Part shown: positions 47,277 through 57,151 of the stretch, piece after piece
How the letters are laid out: every line of letters starts with the position of its first letter
Position numbering within the stretch: position 1 is the first letter of the stretch
IMG/VR virus record: IMGVR_UViG_3300008259_003073
Length of the DNA stretch: 64,000 nucleotides
From: a virus
Taxonomy: Duplodnaviria; Caudoviricetes
Direction: 5' to 3' (one strand)
Made by a program: the position numbers and the translations under genes
Notes under the pieces: generated by a model
Told to the model about the DNA's origin: nothing
Seen by the model: only the letters and a program-made list of their open reading frames with translations
Databases searched by the model: none

Positions 47277-47867
47277 TTAATTTAATTCTATTATAATTTC
47301 TCTCATTAAATCTTGTGATTTACACCACTTACCACATTCTTCTGCCATTTTAGCCCACTGCTTTGATTCATTCATTGGTGCCATAAATGCTCCATGTGTG
47401 GATGGATTAGAAACGAAATCCCAACCAACCAATTCGAAATCTTCCTGAACCATTACGGTCCCATCTTTTAATTCCTTTACTGAACCTAATCCTCGTGATG
47501 AAATACCTAAACGGATATTATTTTTTAATAATTCTTTTAAGATATTACCAGATGGAGTTGAAAGAATTTCTACTACACCACATACATCATCACCTTCCCA
47601 ATAAATTTCTCTAATGTTGTGGGATACATTTTTTAAGTTGATAACAGGAGAATCTGGATGGTCCAACTCACCTAGCGCTCTACGTTCTTTAATAAGTTGT
47701 TTGTATTTTGCACATTCTCTTTCTAAAATTTCTCTAGGATAGCGTCTACCATTTTGATTAGCAGCACCTGCTCTTTGTAAGATGCCCTTTACCAAATATG
47801 TTCCATTTTCTTCTTGTTGAAGTTTTGCTTCAAACAAATGGGTTTCTATCAATAATCCTTTATTCAT
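47277..47867 (-). CDS. gp21: prohead core protease, T4 gp21-like
   Basis: GILQRA...NQNGRRYP ... RALGELDHP ... VSH ... LGISSRGLGS ... WDFVSNPST.GA. Confidence 0.92.
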   Translation of the reverse strand: MNKGLLIETHLFEAKLQQEENGTYLVKGILQRAGAANQNGRRYPREILERECAKYKQLIKERRALGELDHPDSPVINLKNVSHNIREIYWEGDDVCGVVEILSTPSGNILKELLKNNIRLGISSRGLGSVKELKDGTVMVQEDFELVGWDFVSNPSTHGAFMAPMNESKQWAKMAEECGKWCKSQDLMREIIIELN

Positions 47868-47868
47868 C

Positions 47869-48279
47869 TTACTTTATATCGTTTTTAACCTTTTCAATTG
47901 CTTTCTTACTATCGTTAGACCAAGCTTTCAAAAATATATTTTTTAAACCACTTTCAATATCTTCTTTATCAACATTATCGTTATTTACTTTTTTAATAAG
48001 AGATTGAATATAATCAGATTTAACCATTTTATCTGCAGCTGCAGCGTTTACTCCGTTATTCTTTTCAATATATTCAGTAACATCACTTATAAATTTTTTA
48101 TTTGATTGTAATTCATCTAATATTCCTGATATTTCTTTTTCAGTTTCTTTAGAACCACTAAAGTATTTAATTCCTTTTTCTATTAAACCCCCTATGTAAT
48201 ACATTGCAATTTTACCAATAATGATACCAGTTAGTGTTGCCAGTATTCCAATAGCTATATTTTCATTTACTTTTTTTTT
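47869..48279 (-). CDS. head-region protein; the reading frame is open to 48279 (KKKVNENIAIGILATLTGIIIGKIA) upstream of the first ATG at 48204
   Basis: The same frame as ORF 47869..48204 extends without a stop to the A11 run and is closed by TAA at 48282-48280. Confidence 0.6.
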   Translation of the reverse strand, partial: KKKVNENIAIGILATLTGIIIGKIAMYYIGGLIEKGIKYFSGSKETEKEISGILDELQSNKKFISDVTEYIEKNNGVNAAAADKMVKSDYIQSLIKKVNNDNVDKEDIESGLKNIFLKAWSNDSKKAIEKVKNDIK

Positions 48280-48956
48280 TTAACCCCCTCGTTTGTTGAT
48301 TCAGTTGTTATCTTATTTTTTTTGAAATATGCAATTACATCTTTACCAGTATCAAATGCTTTTTGACCTCCCCAAGAAGAATGATACATCCAATATGAAT
48401 TGCTTCCATCTTCCCAATCAAAATCACCCGAAGATATTTCTCTACCATCATAGGTTAAATACCCAACACCTTGTTTAGAATAAAAACGATATTTACCATC
48501 TCTAAAATTAACATCTTCGTTTACTTTTGATTCGCTTTTGTTTATTTCTTTACCAGCTTTTACCGCATCTTTATGTGCATCAGAATTACCATGTGCAGGT
48601 TCTTCTCCTCTGGCTTTTTTAGCTCTTATGTTAGCCCACAACCCTGGATTTTCTTCTTCTACTTTTTTACCAGCTCTTAATGCTGCTAAATCGGAACCTT
48701 CAATTTCACCATCACCATCGGTATCAATTTTCTTTTGACCCGCAGTTAATTCAGCTTCATTATATCCTCTTAATCTTCCTTCAGATTTCGCTTTGTAAGC
48801 GGTATCTACTGCATTAAAAAATTTCTTCTTTTGTTCATCAGACATATCAGTAATTGATTTACCAACTTTATCCAACATATGTTTAAAAAGTTGTTGATAG
48901 TCTTGTTCCTCTCTAACAACATTTTTAATAAGTTCCAATAATTGTGATTTTTTCAT
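48267..48956 (-). CDS. prohead core-type protein with an EF-hand-like DTDGDGEIEGSD motif
   Basis: Short modules separated by xxE motifs; ends GVKKKK on an A11G run followed by TAA. Confidence 0.6.
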   Translation of the reverse strand: MKKSQLLELIKNVVREEQDYQQLFKHMLDKVGKSITDMSDEQKKKFFNAVDTAYKAKSEGRLRGYNEAELTAGQKKIDTDGDGEIEGSDLAALRAGKKVEEENPGLWANIRAKKARGEEPAHGNSDAHKDAVKAGKEINKSESKVNEDVNFRDGKYRFYSKQGVGYLTYDGREISSGDFDWEDGSNSYWMYHSSWGGQKAFDTGKDVIAYFKKNKITTESTNEGVKKKK

Positions 48957-49003
48957 TATTTGTACTTTTAGTATTACTTCTATAATGTATAAATATATGT
49001 ATT

Positions 49004-50677
49004 TTATTTATCCGTAGTAGATTTACCAAAAACTCTTTGTATTTCCGGTCCTTTTGAAGAATCTACTTTTGATTTTATAATTTTAAGTGCATCTTTTTTT
49101 AATTCACTAGGATGAGAATTAAACCATTCTGAAATATCTTCATTACTCTTTATTGCTCTTCTTCTTTGTCCACCATCATCGATATAATTTGTGTAAAAAT
49201 CATACCATCTTAATACGGAATCCGCTAATTCTTTTCCAGTTTTGGCAGGTGTGTTTTGACTTGCTTCGTTTACTGATTCGTATTTAATCATATCTGGATT
49301 AAACTTTTCAAAATTCTTTCTTGCCCATTTTACGGCAGCTTCATAAGAATTGAATTTAATCCTATCCTGTTTGAACCCCTTTGCCTTATTTAAGAAATCA
49401 ATATAAACTTTTTCTTCGTTTATAGATTCTTGAATTTTATTTCTTTTCATCCATTCTTCTAAATTACGAATTGCTGAATCAAATACTCTACTTCTATCAT
49501 GGTCCATTCCAAAGTTTTTGAAGTATTCTTTCATCATCTGATACGGTGAATCTAATTGCTCACCGTTTCTTTTCATATCTTTGATATTCATAGCAACTTG
49601 ATAAGCTGCCATCTTACCACCAAAGAAAATAGCTTCGGATGTAATATCATTCCAAAATCTATCCACCAATGAAGATAATGGTTTTCCTTTTGAGCGATAC
49701 CCAAATTTTTCGTTACCTAATGATTCTACAAAGTAAATCAATCTTTCTGCGTTGGTTACTTTATCTAAAAACTTTTCCTTTACCATTCCTTGAAGAACTT
49801 TTTCACCCTGTGATGAAATTGGAATTTTGTTGATTCCTAATTCTTTCATTTTAGAATCAACATCACGAGGCATCATAAATTCGTTTATTGATTTACCTTC
49901 ACTAATTACTTTATTACTTGGAAATGATACTGATGGTTGGTTTCCAAATGTTTTATCAACTTTAGCATTGATTCCAAATTGTGATTTTAACATTTTTACA
50001 ACACCACTGCCAAACTTTATATCAGTAAGTTTAAGATAAATGTAATTTCTATTAGGTGCATTCTTAATTTCACCACTTACAAACTTTGAACCTATTAATT
50101 TAATAATATCATCTACTACATCTGCTGCAAGGTATCCTTTAAGTTCGGATTCTTTTACTACGGAATATCCAGTTAAATCGGCTTGCCTCTTTCCCTTTTT
50201 CTCTTCACTATCTTTACCACTAAATGCGAATGGAGTATTGTATCCTTCAACACCACCAGTAGTATTCATCTCATCTACTTTTAATTCGGCATCTTTGTAC
50301 ATATCACTAACTTTGTCATTCAATTCTGCTGCCAATTTTTTCTTTTGTGCAGTTAGTGTTTTTAGTTGTTGTATGTGTTGTTTTTCGGCAGGAGTACCTT
50401 TGGATTTTTTATATGCTTCTAAACTCTTTTCCATAGAATCTAAAACTTTTGCATAATCCGTTTGAATGGCCTTAACAGAACGTAATTCAGCCAACACCAT
50501 TTCTTTTATTTTATCAGGCAATCCTTTGTGAGATGTTGATGCAAAATCTTTAGCATCTTTATCACTCATTGAATCTGCTGCTTTTTCAACTTCTGGGGAT
50601 GGGTTTTCCATATCGCCCTTTTGAGCGGCGTGTACCATACCCATAAATTTTTGTTGTGCTTTAGATACTGCTGGCAT
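49004..50677 (-). CDS. modular prohead/internal head protein (N-terminal DUF3008-like MPAVSKAQQ)
   Basis: MPAVSKAQQKFMGMVHA, EMNTTGGVEGYNTPFAF, and several INE/VNE/IKE-delimited modules. Confidence 0.6.
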   Translation of the reverse strand: MPAVSKAQQKFMGMVHAAQKGDMENPSPEVEKAADSMSDKDAKDFASTSHKGLPDKIKEMVLAELRSVKAIQTDYAKVLDSMEKSLEAYKKSKGTPAEKQHIQQLKTLTAQKKKLAAELNDKVSDMYKDAELKVDEMNTTGGVEGYNTPFAFSGKDSEEKKGKRQADLTGYSVVKESELKGYLAADVVDDIIKLIGSKFVSGEIKNAPNRNYIYLKLTDIKFGSGVVKMLKSQFGINAKVDKTFGNQPSVSFPSNKVISEGKSINEFMMPRDVDSKMKELGINKIPISSQGEKVLQGMVKEKFLDKVTNAERLIYFVESLGNEKFGYRSKGKPLSSLVDRFWNDITSEAIFFGGKMAAYQVAMNIKDMKRNGEQLDSPYQMMKEYFKNFGMDHDRSRVFDSAIRNLEEWMKRNKIQESINEEKVYIDFLNKAKGFKQDRIKFNSYEAAVKWARKNFEKFNPDMIKYESVNEASQNTPAKTGKELADSVLRWYDFYTNYIDDGGQRRRAIKSNEDISEWFNSHPSELKKDALKIIKSKVDSSKGPEIQRVFGKSTTDK

Positions 50678-50689
50678 TTTTAGTAAAGT

Positions 50690-50914
50690 TTAGGCTAATA
50701 CATAAACAGAACCACCATTGGTTACTGTTACACTTTTAACATAGCAAGGGAATGGTTCTCCTGCGGTTAGATGTGCTAACGAAATAGTTGTTCCACCTTC
50801 CAATGTAATTGTACCAGTTACACCACTTACAGGCAATACTCCCCAAACTCTATCTATTAATGAAGCAGAACCAGATGTTACTAATTTTGCGTCAAATGCT
50901 CTATAATTTACCAT
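50690..50914 (-). CDS. small beta-rich hypothetical virion protein
   Basis: 74-aa ORF in the head operon. Confidence 0.55.
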   Translation of the reverse strand: MVNYRAFDAKLVTSGSASLIDRVWGVLPVSGVTGTITLEGGTTISLAHLTAGEPFPCYVKSVTVTNGGSVYVLA

Positions 50915-50916
50915 TT

Positions 50917-51789
50917 TTATTTATTTAAACTATTTTTTAATTCTTTTAACAACTCATAACTCATCATCATTGCCGATAAATGTTGTTCCTTAATTTTTTT
51001 AACTGATTTAATTTTTCTAATGTTAGATATAGTTTCAGCTAATTTAATTTTTGTTACCTTATCTGGTATTTTAGAACCAACTTCTTTCAACCCATTAATT
51101 AATTTAATAATTTCGGTTGAAATATATTCATTCAATTTACCAGTATTATTAATGTTATTTATGTATTCTCTCAATAAAAGTTTTTGTTCTTCTGTAAGGT
51201 TTTTGTATTTGTTATTAAAAGATTCTACCAACATCTTATAAGAGATTGCTCTCAAATCTTCGTCCTGCTTTTTATATTCTTCCAAAACTGCATCTTTGAT
51301 TCTAGCATCTTTATTTTGAATGGATGAATTGATTATACTTTCAGCAATAGTAAAACGAGAACTTACAATATCCGTTGGGTCATATTGTTGATTAGTTGAT
51401 ACTACTTCGAATATTTTATATATAGATGCTAATGTTTTATAATTAGAAATTGGAGATTTAATAAACTCATCTAAACCATAAGTTTCTTTAATTTGTTTAA
51501 TTAAATTATACTTTTCTTTTATAAGCTTCTTTTCATCCAATTGCTTTCGTGCTTCCAGAATTGTATCTATAAATTTTTCAGCTTTAACTTCTGAATTATA
51601 TTTTTCATTTATCAAAAATTGATATAATTTTAATTCTTTGGATAATTCCTTTTTAGAATTAAAATGCTCTTTCAATATACTTTCTGCTACTGATTTATTT
51701 GCAGACATTATTTCTGATGTAATTTGTCTTACAAGCAATTCAAATATAAATCCAGTATTTTTAAACTTTGAATGTTTTATTTTTTTCAT
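50917..51789 (-). CDS. conserved head-module hypothetical protein
   Basis: MKKIKHSKFKNTGFIFELLVRQIT ... EK..LIK.IKE.Y ... YK..ASIYK.FE; follows the portal; late motif at 51811. Confidence 0.65.
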   Translation of the reverse strand: MKKIKHSKFKNTGFIFELLVRQITSEIMSANKSVAESILKEHFNSKKELSKELKLYQFLINEKYNSEVKAEKFIDTILEARKQLDEKKLIKEKYNLIKQIKETYGLDEFIKSPISNYKTLASIYKIFEVVSTNQQYDPTDIVSSRFTIAESIINSSIQNKDARIKDAVLEEYKKQDEDLRAISYKMLVESFNNKYKNLTEEQKLLLREYINNINNTGKLNEYISTEIIKLINGLKEVGSKIPDKVTKIKLAETISNIRKIKSVKKIKEQHLSAMMMSYELLKELKNSLNK

Positions 51790-51836
51790 CAATTTTTATA
51801 ATTTGTCAGATATAAATATATTTTTATATTTCTTTA

Positions 51837-53579
51837 TTACTTTTTGGTTAAATCTTCTGTCAAAATAGTTTTTTTATTACCATCCATATCCTTAAAAACT
51901 TCAAAATATGAACTCTTTCTCGGTTTGTATGGAACAGAACCTTCTTTTGCTTTAAGAGTTTTTATTCCTAATGGGTCTCTACCTTCAGGATGGTCATCAT
52001 GCCCATATCTAACAGGGTCTTTTGGTCTACCAACCTGTCCATCTAATTCAAGTTTTAACTTATTCAACTCCTCTTCAACATTAGTTGGTCCACCTTCAGT
52101 TCCAGTTTCTTTTGCTGGGTCTACACCTTGTGTTTCAATTGAAGTTAAACGGAACATTTGTTTAGTATCATCTAATACCTGCAATGTTAATTCATCCTGC
52201 TCATCTTTTGCCATCTTCATTACGGATTCATACATCCATTCTTTGGAGAACATCTTTGTTTGTTGCATTTGTTGAATTAGGGCTACTTTTGAAGTGTATA
52301 GTTCAACCTGCTCCTGCTCATAAATTCTAGATGGAACTGTTAATTCCAATGTAAAGTCTGTTAAACGGTCATCGTTAATACCTTGTGCGTATAAATGAAC
52401 GATTGCAATTTTAGTTAATTCGGAAATCAATACTCTCTGAACTCTTTCAATTGTTTTGGCAAAACGAATATCCATTGATGCCAATGTTGCTTTACCATTA
52501 GTATCTTCCTCATAACCCAAATATGCTTTTGGAATTTTAAGTGCAGCCATCAACTTCCCTTTTAAGTAATTGATGTCATCAATCATATTGTACTCTAAAC
52601 CTTTTAGGGTATCAATTGAAGTTCCATTATCACTACCTCGAACTGGCATATAATAATCTTCAATAAGATTCATCATATTGTACTTTAAGTTGTACTCACC
52701 CGTTCTTTCATCAACAAATGGAACTTTCTTTGATGCGTTGATGATTTTTTGCATGTAGTTATCCACTTCGTTTGGTGGGATATTACCAACATCCACTTTA
52801 AAAATTCTCTTTTCAGGAGCTCTCATTACTCTGTGGATTAACATTGCATCTTCCATCAACATTAATTGTTTCCAAACTCTTCTAGCTCCTTCAACCATAG
52901 ATTTTCCATAAGGTAAGAAGTTTGAATCTGAATTTAAACGGAAGTGAGCAATCTCATAGTTTTCAAATTCCTTTTTAGTAGTTTGACCTACTGCCATATA
53001 TGGGTTTTGATATGGGGCATATACGAATTTAACTCTTTGTGGATTTTCAGGATCAAATCCCTCTACTCTACTCATTTCGTATGATGATAATGGCATTACG
53101 TTTATAATTCCCAATTCATCTGCAATTTCTAATTCTAAAAAGAAATCACCATATTTTACCAAGTTTCGTGTCCAAGGCCATAAGTTGAACTCAATGTTAA
53201 GAATATCGTAAAATAAGTTTTCTAATATTTGTTTGATGTTATCATCATCGTGATGAATTTTTAAAATACTACCATGTTCGTTTTTAGCGGTACATTCATC
53301 TGCATATACATCCAATGCGGATGATAAAATGGGGTCCATATCCATTGAATCGTAATCTCTAAACAAATCGATACGAACTTGTTGGTATGCCATTGCAGAT
53401 TCCACCCCACCTACACCGTAGTTACTTACTTTGAGTTTCATATAACGGTCTACAAGGTTAGTTGTCATATTCTGATACTCATCAGTATCGACTATTTTAA
53501 CTCCTTTTTCCGTTTTTCTTACTATGGTATTTGTTGAAAATAATTTCTGTAACCTACCGAATAATGTTTTATCTGCCAT
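51837..53579 (-). CDS. gp20: portal protein, T4 gp20-like
   Basis: ALDVYADE ... RNLVKYGDFF ... HFRL ... PYGKS ... EDAMLIHR..RAPEKRIF.VDVGN.P ... EDYYMP.RG...GTSIDTL.G ... ALKIPK. Confidence 0.95.
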   Translation of the reverse strand: MADKTLFGRLQKLFSTNTIVRKTEKGVKIVDTDEYQNMTTNLVDRYMKLKVSNYGVGGVESAMAYQQVRIDLFRDYDSMDMDPILSSALDVYADECTAKNEHGSILKIHHDDDNIKQILENLFYDILNIEFNLWPWTRNLVKYGDFFLELEIADELGIINVMPLSSYEMSRVEGFDPENPQRVKFVYAPYQNPYMAVGQTTKKEFENYEIAHFRLNSDSNFLPYGKSMVEGARRVWKQLMLMEDAMLIHRVMRAPEKRIFKVDVGNIPPNEVDNYMQKIINASKKVPFVDERTGEYNLKYNMMNLIEDYYMPVRGSDNGTSIDTLKGLEYNMIDDINYLKGKLMAALKIPKAYLGYEEDTNGKATLASMDIRFAKTIERVQRVLISELTKIAIVHLYAQGINDDRLTDFTLELTVPSRIYEQEQVELYTSKVALIQQMQQTKMFSKEWMYESVMKMAKDEQDELTLQVLDDTKQMFRLTSIETQGVDPAKETGTEGGPTNVEEELNKLKLELDGQVGRPKDPVRYGHDDHPEGRDPLGIKTLKAKEGSVPYKPRKSSYFEVFKDMDGNKKTILTEDLTKK

Positions 53580-53602
53580 TTTAATATTTTGTATCTAATT
53601 TA

Positions 53603-53634
53603 TAAAGATAAGTAAATTTTTGGAAATTTCCAAG
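53603..53634 (-). promoter_or_regulatory. Bacteroidota-type promoter upstream of the portal, overlapping a 14-bp palindrome
   Basis: CTTG (53634-53631), a 20-nt spacer, then TATCTTTA (53610-53603); palindrome TTGGAAATTTCCAA at 53620-53633. Confidence 0.5.
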
Positions 53635-53636
53635 TT

Positions 53637-54140
53637 TTACCATTTTCTACAAGACCAATATCTAGCTTTATGTCTAGGTCCTGGTTGGTCACAATTATGT
53701 CTTGCTCTAAAACTTCTTCTTCTATCTGGATTGTTCTTTTTAATTTTTACACCCTTTTGTCCAAAGTTTACTTTAACAACATTACCTTGTGGATTTTTTA
53801 CATATACTTTAAATTTCTTAACATCACCTGCCATTGGTTTTCCCAACTGCACTTCTCTACCCTGATATTCTGCTTCTCGTAAACATTGACAACCTTCATT
53901 TAATGTTTTATCGTACCCTCTCATAAAAGAAATAAAATCTTCCATGTCCTCATCTTCTACATCGTATTCTTCTGGTTCAACATATCCATAATTTACATCA
54001 TCATCACTATCTATATCTTCCGACATAGGTACACAATTGGGAACTTCTCTACCATCTTTGGTTTTCATTCCAACTTGCTGATACCCTTTCCAACAAGGTC
54101 CTTGTTTTTCTTTTAAAGGAATTAAATTTATTAGTCTCAT
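53637..54140 (-). CDS. modular head-region protein (CWKGY..VG.K..VPNCVP module plus DUF6321-like C-terminus)
   Basis: GPCWKGYQQVGMK...VPNCVP and KKFKVYVKN..GNVVKVNFG...SFRARHNC....ARYWSCRKW. Confidence 0.6.
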   Translation of the reverse strand: MRLINLIPLKEKQGPCWKGYQQVGMKTKDGREVPNCVPMSEDIDSDDDVNYGYVEPEEYDVEDEDMEDFISFMRGYDKTLNEGCQCLREAEYQGREVQLGKPMAGDVKKFKVYVKNPQGNVVKVNFGQKGVKIKKNNPDRRRSFRARHNCDQPGPRHKARYWSCRKW

Positions 54141-54174
54141 ATTATAATAGTTTCAACATATAAATATATAAAAT

Positions 54175-55782
54175 TTAACGAAGTAACCAAGTTAGGTTTT
54201 CTACATCACCTTTACCTACTTCCATTTCGTATGGATTCTTACCAGACCAACCAGTGGAGTACACACCACTAAACTGATTTATTTGAGTTGAGTTCAACAT
54301 ACTCTTTGTTAAATCAATACCTTCTTGTCTCAAACGAAGTGCAGTGTTACGAACCCACAACCCAATTGCCAATGCCATTACCAAGTCATCATTGTACCCC
54401 TTCATTGCTTCTGCTCTACCACCATGCCATATAAAGGTAAACATCTCATCTATTAAACGATTTGAACGTATTAGAATATCTTTATCACTCATATATGTAT
54501 CCAATGCTGAAATGATAAGAGGACGAGTTTTAGATGTTGTGGAGAATCCGGCAACCATTTGTTTTTCATCTCTGTAAAACTTATTACTCATTTGTTTTTC
54601 AACATCAATATATTTCAAATCGTTACTCATATAAAACAGATTTGGATACCCTCTATCTATGATTTGTTGAATACATGCCCAACCTACGTTTGAATTTTCT
54701 ACAACTAATAAAGCGTTGTTATATTCAGTTGCTAATGAAGTTAAAAAATTACCAAAATCTTTTGTTTCAATTTTACCTCTGTATTCTGCTACTTGACAAC
54801 AATCTTCTATATCAATTACCTGTGCAGTAGAATAATCGGCTCCATCTCCTCTCGCAACGTCAGCACATACCATGTACTGCTTGTTATAGTTTGGGTACTC
54901 CCATATCCATAAGTTATTATCAAACCCTCTCTTCTCAACTGGGTCCATCACATAGGTATCTTTGTACCAAGTTAATAATGCGGGGTCAATTACGGTATCA
55001 CCTGAACCAATAAAGTCACAATCACATTCTTGTGCTGCACCTTTAACCCCCAAAATACGAGTCTGTTCATCTCTCCAAGCCTGGTTTCTTTCAGGGTGTA
55101 CTGTCCAATGTAGGTTAATACAATTGAAACCATTTGCACCACTTTCACCTTCTACCCACATTTTATGGAACCAGTTACCAACACCGTTTGGTGTAGATAA
55201 TACTATTGCGTTACCACCTGTTGATAGGGTTGATTGTGCCGATAACCAAATTTCATCGATATCTCTAATGAATGCCGCTTCATCCACTACTAAAAGTGAT
55301 AGAGCTTCCGAACGACCTGCATCTGGTGAAGATGCAATTGCCTTTACCTGTGAACCATTCTTTAATTTAAGTGATAGTTTGTTATCTTCAGCCGCTGCAG
55401 TTCCACCATCTCTCAACCATACTGGCAATAAATCGTGCATAACCCTAACCTTTTCTACAAGGTTTTTGGCTACCGTTACTTTTGTTGCAATAACCAATGC
55501 GTTAAAGTCCTGATTGAATATCATTTTCCAAAGAATAAATCCCGCAGAAAGTGTTGATAAACCTAACTGACGAGATTTTAGAATGATATTAAAACGATGG
55601 TCTTTAAAATCAGTTAAACACTCCTCTTGAAAAGGATAAAGGTGAAAGGGAATTTTCCCTCTCACCGGATGTTGAATAACACAATACTTCTTCATAAAGT
55701 AAATGGGGTCAGCCGCACATTTACGATATTCTTCAGAAATTATTTCTTTTAAAGTTTTTTTTGGTTGTCCTTGAACTCCCAT
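54175..55782 (-). CDS. gp17: terminase large subunit, T4 gp17-like
   Basis: Walker A ILKSRQLGLST, Walker B LLVVDEAAFI, STPNG, nuclease motifs ADVARGDGADYS and GYNDDLVMA. Confidence 0.95.
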   Translation of the reverse strand: MGVQGQPKKTLKEIISEEYRKCAADPIYFMKKYCVIQHPVRGKIPFHLYPFQEECLTDFKDHRFNIILKSRQLGLSTLSAGFILWKMIFNQDFNALVIATKVTVAKNLVEKVRVMHDLLPVWLRDGGTAAAEDNKLSLKLKNGSQVKAIASSPDAGRSEALSLLVVDEAAFIRDIDEIWLSAQSTLSTGGNAIVLSTPNGVGNWFHKMWVEGESGANGFNCINLHWTVHPERNQAWRDEQTRILGVKGAAQECDCDFIGSGDTVIDPALLTWYKDTYVMDPVEKRGFDNNLWIWEYPNYNKQYMVCADVARGDGADYSTAQVIDIEDCCQVAEYRGKIETKDFGNFLTSLATEYNNALLVVENSNVGWACIQQIIDRGYPNLFYMSNDLKYIDVEKQMSNKFYRDEKQMVAGFSTTSKTRPLIISALDTYMSDKDILIRSNRLIDEMFTFIWHGGRAEAMKGYNDDLVMALAIGLWVRNTALRLRQEGIDLTKSMLNSTQINQFSGVYSTGWSGKNPYEMEVGKGDVENLTWLLR

Positions 55783-55783
55783 A

Positions 55784-56434
55784 TTATTTTTTCAATTTAA
55801 TCTTCCAATATGTTCCAAATCCAACATAAGGAGAGAATGCGCCAGTTGTTCCATCAGTGGTTCTATTGTTAACACCAATGTTTAAGTTGTAAATTTTATC
55901 TTTTTTAGTTTTAAGAATTAAACCAGCTCCAACTGCTGATACATAATCTTCTTTATTAAATCCCCCATTCAAACCGAAATATACTTGATTTTTTGCGGGT
56001 TCTTTAACAATGAGTTCTTCTCTTATAGTTCTTTCTCTAACTTTAGCATCAAATGTTCTACCTAAAATTCTGTTTTGAGATATAGTATCAGTTACCGATA
56101 CGGTTCCCAATGAATCAGGTAATACTAATACATCTTTGTATAAAACTTTAGAATAGTAATTTTTTAACAATGCTGCCGTATCTATTACCGCAGGAATTTT
56201 TACTTCTTTTTCAACAATTATTTCATGATAGATGTCATCTCCTTTTTTGGTTACTACTTTGGTTTTGATTACATCAACGGTATCAATTGTATGTTTAATT
56301 ACTTCGTATTTTTTACCGTCTATTTTAATAATCCTACCACCTGGCATTACTCCACCTGGGTTAAACCATTGTAATAATACATAGATAATTAGTACTGCTA
56401 TTGCAATGTTTTTAAATGTTACAAATTTTTTCAT
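55784..56434 (-). CDS. membrane-anchored protein (N-terminal TM helix), possibly spanin-like
   Basis: MKKFVTFKNIAIAVLIIYVLLQWF, then a beta-rich periplasmic-type region. Confidence 0.5.
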   Translation of the reverse strand: MKKFVTFKNIAIAVLIIYVLLQWFNPGGVMPGGRIIKIDGKKYEVIKHTIDTVDVIKTKVVTKKGDDIYHEIIVEKEVKIPAVIDTAALLKNYYSKVLYKDVLVLPDSLGTVSVTDTISQNRILGRTFDAKVRERTIREELIVKEPAKNQVYFGLNGGFNKEDYVSAVGAGLILKTKKDKIYNLNIGVNNRTTDGTTGAFSPYVGFGTYWKIKLKK

Positions 56435-56437
56435 AAT

Positions 56438-57106
56438 TTAGTTTTTTATTAATTCTGAATGATTCAACTCTCGTAACTTATTTTCTAATGCCAATTTACG
56501 TTCTAACAATGCTTCAATTGCATCGTAAGCACCTTCAATATCAGTTTTTAAATCAGATTTTACTTTTTCAATGTCAATATCCCATTGCCATTTACTAAAT
56601 GTACCATCTTCATTAACCATTTCAATTTGTTGCGTTACACTATCCAACGCTTCTTCTAATTGTGATTTAGTATCTCTAACAAAATCCAATTTATTTAATG
56701 TTATTCTATAATCTTCATAAAAAGGCCAACTACCATCTTCTCGTAATGATTGTTCTATTTTCCTCATACAAGTTACACAATACCCAGTTCTAACAATTAA
56801 TTTTTTATCTGCACTACTGTATTGTATTGTTCCACAATTTTCAGAAGAACAAGTTGTTATTTTTTTCAAATACTCTCTGGCATCATCTAATTTAGTGGCA
56901 TTGATTTTGAAACCTTCTTTTTGTTCCCATTCGATACCATTTTCATCTACCCAAATTTCGCCAACTTCTCGTTTTGTTTCATCTGCCTTTTCATAACCAA
57001 ACACATTTTGATTATCATCAGTTCTACCAAAAACCGTATCAATAATTAATTGACGGGATTTGTGTATGTGTTTATTTTTTTCGTCAAAACTTTTTCTTTT
57101 TGCCAT
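56438..57106 (-). CDS. hypothetical protein with Cys pairs (CSSENC, CVTC) and a coiled coil
   Basis: 222-aa ORF with R.VGE.W.DENG.EW.QKEG and C-x4-C...C-x2-C. Confidence 0.6.
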   Translation of the reverse strand: MAKRKSFDEKNKHIHKSRQLIIDTVFGRTDDNQNVFGYEKADETKREVGEIWVDENGIEWEQKEGFKINATKLDDAREYLKKITTCSSENCGTIQYSSADKKLIVRTGYCVTCMRKIEQSLREDGSWPFYEDYRITLNKLDFVRDTKSQLEEALDSVTQQIEMVNEDGTFSKWQWDIDIEKVKSDLKTDIEGAYDAIEALLERKLALENKLRELNHSELIKN

Positions 57107-57151
57107 TTTTCTATATTGTTATAACCTATTTATTAATTATATATATTAAAA

